DNA of 62,231 nt, filler included, from Sphacelaria rigidula (lineage: Eukaryota): the NCBI GenBank assembly GCA_964200075.2. It is 7 parts of 7 records of this genome, joined end to end, with 100 filler letters (N's around TTAATTAATTAA, not from the genome) between each part and the next. Parts side by side here need not be neighbours in the genome. Positions count along the whole stretch, not along the records: positions 35,621 to 44,424 come from CAXNAA020010053.1; positions 44,525 to 53,328 come from CAXNAA020010054.1; 5 more parts are not named here. One strand, written 5' to 3'. Position 1 is the first letter of the stretch. Each line of letters opens with the position of its first letter. Positions 35,748-47,940 of the stretch are shown in pieces. The position numbers were made by a program, and so were the translations under genes. The notes beneath the pieces were generated by a model that did no database searches, was not told the DNA's origin, and was given only the letters and a program-made list of their open reading frames with translations.

Positions 35748-36228
35748 CATACGTCGAACGAGCATGATCATGACTCGTGGCACTTGCGCTCGTTGGGCTA
35801 CTCGTTGGCCGTTTTTGGAGGTCCTCGAGCACTCGAATCATTGCTCGTTCGGGAAAGATCCACATCCTGGACAATAGATTTTATTGTAAAAAAATGTACC
35901 GCGTACAGTATGGAATCTGTTGCCTATTGCAATAGGCGCAATAGTTCGATACTGTACGCAGTACACTTTTTGACTGTGTATTCTTTTGTCCAGGGTATGG
36001 AAAAATCATTAGGGCGAGTTCTCGAGTCATTGCTCCTTGTGCAAAAACCAATGGAGCAAGTACTCGAGTCATGTATGCTAGTGGAAACATCAATAGGGCG
36101 AGTTCTCGAGTCGTTGCTTCTTGCGGAAAAATCAATTGGGCGAGTACTCGAGTCATTGCTCTTTTGTATTTTCAAAAAACATCAACGGGTGCACTCGTTT
36201 CGATGAGTAATGACTCGTCCGACGTGTG
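35748..36228. mobile_element. MITE (CACACGTCGGAC-type ends) with internal 42-bp tandem repeats and a nested MITE
   Basis: CATACGTCGAACGAG...CTCGTCCGACGTGTG; flanks AAGTGTTC/AATTGTTC. GGGCGAGT.CTCGAGTCATTGC units occur 4-5 times. Confidence 0.75.
35861..35999. mobile_element. Nested MITE, CACACCCTGGA family
   Basis: CACATCCTGGACAA...TTGTCCAGGGTATG; flanks GAAAGATC/GAAAAATC (7/8). Confidence 0.82.
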
Positions 36229-36235
36229 AATTGTT

Positions 36236-36842
36236 CACAGATCGCACAGCTCATGAGCTACCTAGAAGGACTAGTTGAAGAGGACTCTAAGATCGAGGCT
36301 AGTTAACCGGCGTTGGGCTACACATGTCCATGGTTGACACGATTTTACGAGTATCCCTACCCCTAGCCCTAACCCTACCCCCAACCCAACGCATACCGAG
36401 AATCCTCGGGCAACGGCGGTACATAACATTCATTCCCTAGGCGGAGTGTGGCCTTTGGTTGTAGACCCCAAATCGGCGCCTGTGGCGCCGATGTCAACGA
36501 AAACGTGTTCTGCGCACGCGAGGAGCACCCGGGACTCTCAGCCCTACTAAAGATCCGATTCTCGTTGGATACACTCAAATCAATTAATTATCAACCATGG
36601 ACATTTGTAGCCCCCGACGCCGGTTAACTCTACTGCAGAGTTCAGTTGTCCAAAAACACAAAATACGTGACTCGGGGTCCGAGAAGCCTTATCATTATCT
36701 TTGCGCTACCCCGTGTGCTGGGCGTCCAGCGCTGTGGGGCGCAAATGGGGGGGGAAATAGGCCAAAATGTGCTAGTTCATGATCCGGATCAGCACACTAA
36801 CAAGAAGTAATACTAAGTAGCTCATGAGCTGTCCGACGTGTG
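36236..36842. mobile_element. MITE, CACACGTCGGAC family, perfect 8-bp TSD GAATTGTT
   Basis: CACAGATCGCACAGCTCATGAGCTAC...GTAGCTCATGAGCTGTCCGACGTGTG. Confidence 0.85.
36307..36623. mobile_element. Nested piggyBac-like MITE (TTAA TSD) with telomere-like repeats
   Basis: TTAA|CCGGCGTTGGGCTACACATGTCCATGGTTGA...TCAACCATGGACATTTGTAGCCCCCGACGCCGG|TTAA, with CCCTACCCCTAGCCCTAACCCTACC inside. A related internal fragment lies at ~44625-44810. Confidence 0.85.
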
Positions 36843-36862
36843 GAATTGTTGCTCGCAAGCAG

Positions 36863-37110
36863 GGGTCGCTGTGTGCCCTGGCGGCCAGGATGAGCCTAGA
36901 ACTGGAAGTGCGGGACAGACACCACCGATTGCGGATATTTCGGTCGTGCTTCCTCGGAGAGGACGCGGTCTCGTGGCTGCAATCAGAGTGCGGCTCTTCC
37001 TCGTGCTCAGTGGAGGAGGCGTTGTCGACGGGGAACAAGATGATCGCCGCTGGTTTGATATACCACTGCACGTACGGGCACGCTTTGGAGAACAGTCGCC
37101 TCTTTTATAA
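36863..37110 (+). CDS. DEP-domain protein, internal exon (DEP domain)
   Basis: aagcag|GSLCALAARMSLELEVRDRHHRLRIFRSCFLGEDAVSWL...EEALSTGNKMIAAGLIYHCTYGHALENSRLFY-AA|gtgagt; canonical DEP motifs. Confidence 0.92.
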
Positions 37111-37851
37111 GTGAGTTGTTCTCGCACTGTAGTACTCCCTGTAATGAATTCCTTCAGTTGTATTGTATTCATGTAGTCATGAATTTATGAATTCATGTAT
37201 TTATGTATTCATGCGTTGATGTATTTATGTACTCACGTACTTGAGTATGTATGTATGTCTTCATCTCTACATGCGTTCATGTGTTTTATTATGGTAATTT
37301 ACCTCGTCATGCATACATTTACTGTATCTATTAATGTATAGATTTTTATGTTCATCTAATTTATTCATCTATGATCAACTCACTTCTTCATTCTACGGTC
37401 GTATGCATCTATTGATTTGTTTTACTTCTGCTGCATGCGTGTATGTATTCCTTCATTCCTTCATTCCTTCACTAATTCCTTCATTCATTCCTTCACCCAT
37501 TCATGTATATATATATTTAGTGAATATGTATTCAACATCAATGTATTCATGTGTTCATTCATGTGTTCTGGCTTGCCAGCACTTCTTCAGTTTCCCGAAT
37601 AAGCCTGCTGTGATTTTCTCGCCACGATGTGCATACCAAGCCGCTGATAGCGCGGGATTTTACAAATTACGTACAGTTTTTTTTTTTAGGATGAGCGTTG
37701 TGAACCTGTCTAAGCATCGAACTGTTTTCAAAAGAAAATACATATGCATTCTCCGGTCGTTATGTGTGTGTGACCTCGTTCATCATAAGAAAACCTACCC
37801 GATATTTGTAAAATCCGGTGCAAAGCAGGGGATTGTGACGAATAAGAATAG

Positions 37852-38110
37852 TTTCGGTTCGGACGAATCATCACCGCTTCGAATAACTAAATCTACGATT
37901 TTGTAGGCGTGATTGCTCGAAAGAGAGAAAAACGTTGACCGCTGGTCAAGAAGGTCCCCATGCAACTTCTGCGTCATTCCACGTCTCCGGGCCGCATGCA
38001 CCTGGGTTGCAACGCTGAAATCAAAGCCTAAGGATTGATTCGTCCGGTACGAATCATTCACACTAAAATCAAGTAGTTAATGGACGAATCATTGATTCGT
38101 CCGACCCTTG
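37852..38110 (-). mobile_element. MITE, CAAGGGTCGGAC family copy 4
   Basis: Ends GATTCGTCCGACCCTTG; reverse complement of 29854-30111. Confidence 0.88.
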
Positions 38111-38349
38111 AATATTTGTTTTCGTACGGGAATGAACGGAGATCGGAATTGTTCGGTATTAACTAGGCTCGTACCGATTACGCTATAATAGCATAATTTC
38201 GAGCGTAATTCCACCTTGGCGGCATCAAAAGCATAACGTTTCGGTGAGGAGGATGAATAGCACAGGATTTCAGTGAGTGGTATAAAAAGCATAACATCTA
38301 CTACGTAGGACATTAGTAGGATAATCGAGCATAATTTTCGACCGTCCTT

Positions 38350-40930
38350 ATTCCAATTTTCAAAATGGTTGTTGTCTCAAGCTATTCCAGATTCGGCATT
38401 GGATTTCTGTGACAGAAAACTGTCTCGTTTTTTTCAGAATACTTGGAAAAAAAACAAGCAGAACTTGAAAAAAAAAACAAGCAGAACTTTTCACACGTCG
38501 GACGGATCATGATCTGTCTGAAACAACAAATCAAAGAAGACCCTCGAGTCCGTCGGTCCAAACACACAAAATATGTGATCGCGGAGTTAATGAAGCCAAA
38601 GCGCAGCCTTTGCACTACTCGGCGTGCTCAGCGTCCAGCGCCGTAAGGAGCAAACGTGGAAAAGGGGGGTCAAATGATTCGGAACATGATTCGGAGAAGA
38701 AGTGCTTTTCAGGCGGATCATGATCTGTCCGACGTGTGGAACTTTTCGAAAAACTGCCCAAGACGTGACCCCATTTTATGGAGCACAGGGTACTACACCG
38801 GACACAACACAATTCTGCAGTGTTTTTTAGAACCTGAACACGGACTGTATACAGTATGCATCAGCTTCTCTTGTTGCAAAATTAGTAGTGTCCAGCTGCT
38901 GCTGCTGCTGTACTACTACGGAAGCACACGCCCTCGAGGTGCCACCCCACTTTTACCGTCACTACGAACATAACAAGACAAGAACACGAACTGCAGCGGT
39001 CGTGGCCGCCACACATCGACGTCACTGCAGTGGAACGTGTGCCTGAACCGACACCATCACACTTTTGGCGTTTCTTCTTGTTGGCGAAAACTTGGGCATC
39101 TAATTTTGGGGCAGGGTCCACCGACTGAGCTGCGTGTTGGGGTGGGGGATCGGACTGCATATGCGCTCATGCACAGTAGAGACGAAATTTTCGAAAAACT
39201 GCCAAAAACGCGACCCCATTATATGGAGTACAGAGTACTACACTGAACACAACACAGCAATATATTTTTTCAGAATATGTAGTCAAACGAACAAGGCGCT
39301 CGCTTCCCACACCCATCATTTCTGTGCTGTAGTTGTCGCTGTGCTGTTGTGCATTTGAACACTTTACGACGAACATGTGTGTGATGTGCGCTGGAGAGTG
39401 CCTCAACAGTTGTAGTGCTGCATGCGGTGTTCCGCTATGCACAGAAGTGGGGTGAGATCAAAGTGCTGTACACTAGCCACTGTCTGTACACAGAGGTGAA
39501 AAGATGAAACGATCACGTGACGACTGTGCAGCTGTCTGTTGCCTCTCCGTCCGTACTTCAGCTATAGTCGGGTGCTGGGATCGGGAAAGACAGGCCAGGC
39601 GGACGCGTGCACGTTGGGGGGAACAAACCGAGCCAGCACGGAGCTGCTCTATCCCAAGCGTTTGATGACAGGAGCTGTGTGCCTTGATGTTCCATGTAAT
39701 AGTTCTTCCTCCCATTTCAGACGGGTCCTCATTTTTTGCCGAGTGCCAATTTTCGAACGCTTGGCCATGATCGCGCTTCGCGTGAAAAGCGCAATTATGG
39801 CCCAGCGTTTGTAAACCGCCATTCGGCCAAAATCGAGCTCATCCGACATCAGGGGAAGAACTATCGCATGGGACATGTCCTATATCACTGTGCTGCAGCA
39901 CAAACACACCCATGCGCTGTCTCTTGTGCTGTAGCTGTCGCTGCGCTGTGGTGTCTCCAGACCTCTTCGAAGACGGTTTGGTCTCCGCTGGGACTGACTG
40001 CGTGAGTTGTTTCGTTACTGTCGTGGCGTTCGTCTCCTCCAAAAATCATGCTGTCAACACGTCGTGCCCTTTAGACACGGTTCCTGTTGACACCTTCATG
40101 GTGTGTTGGCTATTTCGCCTCGAGTCACACGAACAAGGCGCTTCCCAAACCCACCATTTATATGCTGTAGTTGTCGCTGTGCTGTTGTGCATCTAGACAC
40201 TCTACGACGATCACGGTCCGATGGGCACTGGAGAGTGCCTAAACAGTTGTGGTGCTGGATGCGGTGTTTCGGTATGCACAGAGTTGGGGTGGCACCAAAT
40301 TATTTATCGCTTTTTGGAGGAATGATACTTGGTTTGGGACTGAACACGGAAAATACACTTTACAGTACGACCTACTACTGTCTGTTACCTAGAGAGTACC
40401 TGGACGCTCCGCAAATATGGAGAAAATACTACAGGATAAACCCTCACGGCTTTACGCCCACCCGCACTCGAGTGCGGGCAGAGTCAGTATCAGTTGTATA
40501 TCTTCGCTGGACTCAGCAGCAAGAAATAGTGAGCGTGCATCGTTCTGCACTGAACACAGTCTACTGCGCGCTACTGGTGTCTCTACTTAGTGTTCCATAG
40601 CAACACTACAGTTTGGAGCTATGTTGGCAACACAAGAGGGGTCAGGCAGGCGGCAAAGACAGGCCACGAGTAAAAAGTACGTCGTTCGCGCCCATGTGAT
40701 TCATGATTTGTGATCAAAATGATTCTCCTGGTCTACAACAACTTGTGTGCAAACCTGATACACGTGACGTCAATCGCTGTCTGTGTGAAGTTGTGCTCAA
40801 AATACTATCTCTTTGTGCATTTGTTGCTGTGTTGACCTCAAAAGAACACAACAACCACATCATCACCCGTTGATTCGCCATGTTCTGGGCGTGTGCTCTG
40901 GTGCTTGCGCGAGCAGCGAGGTGGTTGGTG
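38350..40930 (+). mobile_element. Large non-autonomous element (family Y) with internal direct repeats
   Basis: 38350-38490 is the reverse complement of ~57930-58066. Internal duplications at 38739-38815/39185-39260 and 39289-39455/40130-40292, with degenerate copies at ~39905 and ~40812. Right boundary uncertain. Confidence 0.6.
38492..38738. mobile_element. MITE (CACACGTCGGAC ends), perfect 8-bp TSD GAACTTTT, nested in family Y
   Basis: CACACGTCGGACGGATCATGATC...GATCATGATCTGTCCGACGTGTG; absent from the 57.9-kb copy of family Y. Confidence 0.9.
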
Positions 40931-41494
40931 TGGTGTGTGTCGTCGGGAGGACGGTTACACGTTACACGTCACGCCTGTTGGCCAATGCATCTCCTATTAA
41001 AAGTCTAAACCAAGCGAAACGCAACCATCGAACTTTGGACAGACTTTGGACTCCGGGGAAGTACAAAGTCGAAGTCCTGACCCGAATTTGGTCTTCGCAA
41101 ACACCGTCACTGCTGTACTCTCTGTGCTTGCAGAGTACAGCCTGCACTCGGACAGGGCAGGTGGACAGCACGCACATAGTTCACATGAACACAGCTACAC
41201 GCATACGCATAGAGAACATGCTCAGCGGGCAGGGTATACTTGTAACCTTGTACTTCTGCATGTCCAAGAACGAAACTGTGACCTACGGGAAACGGAAAGT
41301 TGCTCTGGAACGGTCTCAGCGAGTAGAGCAAGTCATTCCAAGGTGTCAACATCCGCTGAGCCCTCTTTTCGGGGCAAAAACGACGAAGAAGAGTAAAAAA
41401 AACACTCTTCAACAGGTCAATTTTTCGATACACAAGAAGTAGCCTAACAGAGGAAAAGGAAAAAAGAAAATTGGAAGGGCGATGCAAAGCAGAG

Positions 41495-41528
<34 letters not shown>

Positions 41529-41537
41529 CGACTTGTT

Positions 41538-41785
41538 GGTCGACGAGGGAAAGGACTGCTGGATCCGTCTCACGATGAAAAAATATCAGGCAAGCACCAC
41601 AGAAGGAAGGTGCTGGACCCCTCTCGCGATGAAAAATATAAGGCAAGCACCACAGATTGAAGGTGGGGTACTAAAAAGAAAAAACTCCTGTGTTGGCCTT
41701 CCTCCTGTGCGACCCCGGCTCGTGCCCACATATACCGAAAGGTGTAGACCGGCGTCCAGAATAAATGGGATGACAACATACACGC
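41538..41785 (+). mobile_element. 5'-truncated tRNA-derived SINE with internal duplication
   Basis: GGTCGACGAGGGAAAGGACTGCTG...GGTGTAGACCGGCGTCCAGA matches 21842-22050. Confidence 0.85.
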
Positions 41786-41947
41786 ATTTATTCATCTATT
41801 CGGTTATGTGTGCATTTATTAACTCAATCTTTTTGTTCATGCATGTATTCATCTATTTCATGCATTTGTTTACGTGTTTTGTATTAATTATTTCATCAAT
41901 TAAATAATCGATTATTTCATTAATTCATCATTATTTTATTTACTAAT

Positions 41948-42040
41948 TATTTCATTATTTCATTATTTCATTATTTCATTATTTCATTATTTCATTATTT
42001 CATTATTTCACTCCATCCATCCATCCATCCATCCATCCAT
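41948..42040 (+). repeat. (TTATTTCA)n followed by (TCCA)n microsatellites
   Basis: Direct reading. Confidence 0.95.
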
Positions 42041-42058
42041 TCATCCGTTGGTTCGTTT

Positions 42059-42249
42059 CACACCCTGGATGATGACAATGTATGGTGGTCAATATAGATG
42101 CAATAGACGAAAATGTACTGGCTAAGCTATTGGCCTATTACAACTATTGTCGACTGACAATAGTTGCAATAGCTCTATACTTTTCCCAGTACAGTTTTTG
42201 TATACGGTGCATCTATTGACCATGTACTGTTGTCATCATCCAGGGTGTG
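42059..42249. mobile_element. Palindromic MITE, CACACCCTGGA family
   Basis: Perfect 20-bp TIR CACACCCTGGATGATGACAA; flanks GTTCGTTT/CTTCGTTT (7/8). Confidence 0.9.
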
Positions 42250-43284
42250 CTTCGTTTATGCGTTGATCAAGTCACTACGCCGGAGTGTCTCTTGTATTCA
42301 GAGTCGCCGATGTTCTGTTCTCCAGGACAGGTGCCTTCATTGAGAACCGCATCATTTTAGATTAAGCAGTATTCCCAGCTGAAGTCTATAATTCTTGTCC
42401 CAAGGCAGGGACCCCCCCGCTTTACCGCGCGGTAAAAGTATGCTGGGACCCTTCCTCCTCCTCCTCCTCCTCCGGCAGGTGGGAACGTAGGTAGTCATGG
42501 TTCGATTCCGCCGCGCTCTGATGGTAGGAAAAGTTAGGCCTCTGCCCTCTTTTCTTTTTTTTCCCCCCGAAAGACAAGATGGGGATCATGTTGAAGCGGA
42601 AACCCCGCCGAGGCGTCGCAATTACTTGATTTCCGGGTTCAAGACCGAAACACAAGAGCGCATATTTTGTGCGAAGTATACCAAAGCATAAAGGGCAAAG
42701 GTCTAGGAAAAGTACAACCGACACGAAACGTACAACTGATTCCATTGTCTGGGGAAAATACGGGTTCGGTTTCGGGGAAATGCACTTGCAATTTTTCCGT
42801 ACCCTGAAAAATAGATTACACACTGTCAAGAAGGGTACTGCGTACAGTGTCGACTATTGCGTCTATCTGCGATAGACAATAGATCCAGTTCATCCTGTAT
42901 AGATTATGTTGTAAACATGAGTGCTTTTCGACAACGTAATCTGTTGTCCAGGATGTGTGTGTGTGTGTGTTTTTTTTTCACAAAAATCAGGGAAATGCAT
43001 ATTCCGATCCGTTTTTTTTTTTTCCCGTCGTTGAAATCTTATCTTGGCAGCGCGAGAAGGTGAGTAGCAAAGAGAAAGGTTTTATTTGACAAGGGTGGAC
43101 GCCATCCTGTGCCGGAGTGCAATTCCAATGCGCATTGCCAAATTGGAAGGCGTGGACTGTACCGGGAATGGAGACATGAATTGATTCCTTGATACTACGG
43201 AGTCTTGTTCCAAACGGTCGGCAGGCATCATCGAATTAGAAGATGCACTCCCCCCCCTCCTCCCCCTCCTCCCCCTTCGACTAC

Positions 43285-43463
43285 GAGATATATGGTAGCA
43301 ACAGACGGCGAAACAGGACGGGAATAAGACATGTAAAAGGTTTCTGTGTAATGTATGGAAGCAGCGTAATGAGCACCGAAATGTTGGAGTTGTCTCTATT
43401 AGGAATAGGAACGGTGATTTATGGTCAATGGTGAAACGACGAAGGCAAGCAACAAATGGGTAC

Positions 43464-43520
<57 letters not shown>
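43285..43520 (+). mobile_element. C-tailed repeat subfamily A with long poly(C)
   Basis: Colinear with 8530-8745. Confidence 0.8.
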
Positions 43521-43523
<3 letters not shown>

Positions 43524-43708
43524 TCCACCCCACGACACCCCCCCGGCCCCGCACGGGCGCGGGCAGAGGGACGGGGGGGCGNNNNNNNNNNGGGTTTGGT
43601 TTATTAGGAAAAGGAAACGTGATTTTTGGGCAAAGGGGAAACGAAGAAGGCAAACAACAAATGGGTCCCCCCCCCCCCCCCCCCCTCCCCCCCCTCTCCT
43701 CCAACCAG

Positions 43709-44344
43709 ATTTGCGGACTCAGTTATATCCAGGGCAAGGGCCTTGAGTAGCTCAGGGGTGAGAGCAGGCCGAGCGGGAAGCGGCTCGGGCGTCGGCGGAC
43801 GGCGAGGAAGCGGGACTGTAGCAAGGAGAATTGGTCGGTACGGCCGCAGCAACAGCGGCGGCGGCGGTAGCGGCGGAATTGACGAAGAGACCGGTACAGA
43901 GGTTAATGAAACGGAACTAACGGCGGACATGGATGATGGCGTAGGGACGGAAGATCCCGAAGACGATTTCGATGGAGATCAAGATTTTGATGATGATATT
44001 GACGACGTGGATGATGACATATACGACGGTGCGGACAGTGTATCTGAACTGGGTGACGGTGAACGGGCGTCGGGCGGAGTGGGAGAAGGTTCGAGCCGCG
44101 GTGCGACAGGAGGACGGCTTGGGGGCGACGTCGCCAGGAGCAATGTCGATGGACGGGGGGGCAGCGGAGGCGGCGGCAGCGGAGGGGTTGATGACGGTTC
44201 GCGTGTAGCTGCCAAAAATGGTGTGGTTGAACGGTTGTCCGGTGGTGTGGATAAGCCGCAGAAGCAGGCAAATAAGCGAGGGTCTGGCAGAGGGGCGAGT
44301 AGCGGTGGAGGGGGAAATATCGTTTCGTTGAAGAGGGTGGCAAG
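43709..44344 (+). CDS. DEP-domain protein, following exon (Gly/Asp-rich low-complexity linker)
   Basis: aaccag|A-FADSVISRARALSSSG...DDDIDDVDDD...NIVSLKRVA-AG|gtgagt. The phase-2 join to the DEP exon gives LFYKFAD, completing the DEP Y[RK]F motif. Confidence 0.82.
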
Positions 44345-44424
44345 GTGAGTCTTTCCGCGGCCCACCCGGGCCCCCACCCCAAGCCGCGTCGCGGGTGTTT
44401 TTCATGTTTGGTTATGTGTGTTTT

Positions 44425-44524
44425 NNNNNNNNNNNNNNNNNNNNNNNNNNNNNNNNNNNNNNNNNNNNTTAATTAATTAANNNNNNNNNNNNNNNNNNNN
44501 NNNNNNNNNNNNNNNNNNNNNNNN
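44425..44524. other. Artificial contig linker
   Basis: N44-TTAATTAATTAA-N44. Confidence 0.99.
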
Positions 44525-47500
44525 GTGTGACGGTGGGGGTGGGGGGGCGGGACGGGAAGGTATTGCAGCGACCAATCAGCAGTCGTTTTTCAAAAAGAGT
44601 AAATCCCTTTCGATAAGAAGGACTTTAACTGTAGCCCCAACCTTGACCCAAGACATATCAAGAACTCTCGGGGAGAGGGGACGCAAGAATTTTCTTCAGG
44701 CAAGGTGTGTGTTGCAAGACCTCGAATCAGCGCGCGCCGATTTAGACATTAATGCGTTCTGCGCACGCTAGGAGGAAGGTCCCCATAGAAGATCCGGATT
44801 TCGGTGTTCATACTAAAACTAAGTCGGAAAGTGTCACGCCCACCAATGGGTGAACTCTATTGCCCACCGCCGGCCCAACACCCGCCACAGAGGAAGAAGT
44901 CATGTGAAACTGCAACTCGTGCAGACAATATGCACAACTTGGGGCGCCGTCTTTACCGCCTGGTGGCGGCCAGCTTTATTTGAGGCCGACGTGTGGAGCG
45001 AAGTCGCCGACGTTCATCTTCCCCGTTTTGTGTTCGGCACGAGCCTATCGCCACGATAGATATTACTTTCTCAACTCCACGAAGGCGTGCTCCATGTTCT
45101 TTCACATGTGTTTCTCGGCGCTGGTGCATTCACGTCGGGCTGCGGTGGGAATGAATCGCATCAATTCGTTCACATTCCTTCTTTCTTCCGAACAGCGGCC
45201 CGAACGTATCTTGAGGTCCACCTCTTGGAATCGAGCCGAATTTCATCCGCATCGGGTTGAAAAAAAAATGTGCCGATCAGCATTTTCCACAGCCAATATT
45301 TTACGACGCAGTTCTATACCGATCGGCATAAACAACCCTTCGCAAAAGCACGCAAATGAGTCCTCGCGCACGTTCGTATAGAGCTTACTCTCATGCCGCT
45401 CCGCACAGTTCAGCGGATTGACCACGAGGAAATTTCACAACGATGAGGTGATGAGTGATTTTATGTTCTCCGTTTCCTGTTCATGGTCACGGGCGAAAAA
45501 GGAGTCAACAACGGTCCTCGTCAACCTTATTTTTCGTTTCTCGAAGCACGCCCCTATTTTCTTGCCAAGTGTCGCCGCCGCCTGAACCACGGTGCCAATC
45601 GAACCACGCGTCGGCAGGGGTGGAGTACGGTGACTGCACGCCGAGCAGTGTGCCACAATGCCGTCAGGACAACATTTACTTTGTGGATGGTGCGCCCGCA
45701 ATTCCGTTGCTGACTGCACAATGTGTGATTATGTGGATGAGCATCGTCGGCAAAGCTAAACAGTACAGCCCCCGTCACTCTCCGTACTGGCTTCACTACA
45801 CGGGGCAAAACTGCACTCTGATGCAGTGTCCGAAGGTGAAAAACTCTGCACAGCATACACCATGCTCGAGAATTTTCAACGTACGAGGCACCAACACTCA
45901 GACCCCAAGTTGATTCCGGTAGATGAAGGCAAGAATAACCGCGCCCGTAATCTTCAGTCTGTGTTGAAGAGGTATCACGTGGTTTTCCCTTGGCAGAACA
46001 CATCGTTCGAAAGGACTCGGCTTCACGGCGGGGGAACATTGAGGTCAGCAACCTCACACAGATGTGTGTGGAGAAGCCCCGACCGTACATGTTCCTTGTT
46101 ACCTGTGTTACTATGAGGGTCGACCGATGGCCAGGCGGAGGTGAACGACTATGTTGAAAAGATGTGCCGCTATCTCCGCGCTGGCCTGATACCTTACCCA
46201 ACATACTTATCAGGAGGAAGTAAAAAAAATGTTCCGAATTATCTACGGAAGGCTCACAAGTATGATCATCTCATCCCCCACAGCGCCCCGAGCCCCTTGC
46301 GCCACCGAATCTGTGGCTTCAACACCCGTCTTCCGTATCAAGCAGCAAACGAAAAGCTTCCCTCCCGTTTGCTTGCTTCGGTGCCGGCCGGTTACATCGC
46401 ACCCACCACTGTCTGTACTTTCCAACTTGCGTTTCAGACAGTTTGGTGAAGTTGCCTGCCAATCTTCCACCACTCAACAACGTATAGAAGGGGCAAAAAT
46501 GGGGAAATACCCCACACACAATATTCCCACCTGAAAAGGCCGAGAAGTCCGCAGTCGTTTTGCACCGGATATGGGAAATCTTTCAAAATCCGGGACGAAA
46601 CGTGTCTTGTTTTCCTCCTACATGCTCTAGAGACCTTGAGATACTGGAATCTCTAGATCTCGGCCGATTATGGGAGCAGAAGCTGGGCGTTGCGGGCGGT
46701 TATTTTCCCCGACCCTAGCCAAACGCCCGCAGGCGCTCGCGTACCTTGAATTGGACGTGTTCGGTTGCTCCATCTTCAGTTCAAACAAGCTCATCAAGAA
46801 GTTGCCAATGAAGCGAAGCGGATAAATAGTGAGGCATCGAGACAGGGGCACCTCGTGGTGGATGCAGTTGCGGATAGTAATCGTTGCCGAACTCCGCGAG
46901 GTGCAGCGTGGCGCCTACATAGTTCGTTTAGGCTTGGAATTTTCAAATATTGCTACAGGTCAACGTGAAGTTTTACGCCACGAAGAAGCGGATAAAATAG
47001 GGTTCACGGACAACCGGTGCAACGCTTATGGAAGACATCGGCTCAGCGACGTTTGTACAGCAGTACAGTCATCCGGTTTTGTTTAACTTGACGGCATAAG
47101 ACATCTCTTGACGGGAGCTCGCCTTGTCATGACCAAAAGTTTTTCTGGCAAAGCTCGAAAAAGCATCTTCCAGTTCATGACGGGTCTATGCTATCCACAC
47201 AGGATCAACATCAGAATCTCCGCTCGTCTAACATTGCCGCATTTTGTTACACAGTGACGTGCGTGCGCCGAGCTACCAAAAAGGACAACAGGCCCTTCCG
47301 AACCGTCGAGACTGCGACAAGTCAGTACAGCAGATTGCATGCATACTGCTGACCCATCAACCTCATCATTTCCTCCGGAACAACTGTTCCTACATGACAA
47401 CTTGTCCCTGCGGTAATGCACCCGAGCCTCACGTTGCAGTAGATACATGTTGTCACGCTTTCATACAAGGCACCTGCTCTACTTTTGTGTGTGCTATATG

Positions 47501-47724
47501 GGACAAAACATGAGTACAGCCAGTATCGTACAGACAGTACAGTACAATCACGAGGTGACATGTACGAGCCAAGGAAGGCACACAAACTCAACACACCCAC
47601 TACAAGTAATGTATGCACAAGAACATGCACACGTGCCAAGCGAAAATCAAAGGCTGAAGAAGTAGAAACATGTATGTATGACATGCATAAAAGCACGCGC
47701 AACACCCCCCGATAATAAACTCAC

Positions 47725-47940
47725 GTTGGCGAAGTCCCGAGGGAAGTTGGCCGCGAGTGCAGGGTTGAGGCCCATCTGGAGGGGCTGCTGCTGCTGCTGC
47801 TGCTGCCTTGTCGCAATGTTGTTGCTGCCGGGAGTTGGAGTCACCACACGCGACGTGCCGCTGCCGAGGGTGGGTCCCAAGGTAACGAATGCATCGGATC
47901 CTGCGGCCGCAATGCCGAAGAATGCAATCGAGGTCTTCAT
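47725..47940 (-). CDS. First coding exon of a nucleus-encoded, plastid-targeted protein of unknown function
   Basis: MKTSIAFFGIAAAGSDA-FV (signal peptide with ASAF-type cleavage), a Ser/Thr-rich transit peptide ending QQQPLQM, then GLNPALAANFPRDFAN|gtgagt. ctgcag|G immediately before the ATG suggests a 5'UTR intron. Confidence 0.8.

Noticed and set aside
36010-36165. 42-bp periodic repeats as a CRISPR array or coding repeat
   Set aside because: Internal tandem repeats of a TIR/TSD-bounded MITE; the intervening parts are homologous to each other.
43521-43700. Tandem second copy of the C-tailed repeat and poly-Pro/poly-Gly ORFs
   Set aside because: Low-quality duplicated sequence around a 10-N gap next to a long homopolymer; probably an assembly artefact.
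44850-47000. ORF-like pieces such as DYVEKMCRYLRAGLIP, possibly retrotransposon pol
   Set aside because: Many stops and no diagnostic RT, RNase H or integrase motif could be confirmed.
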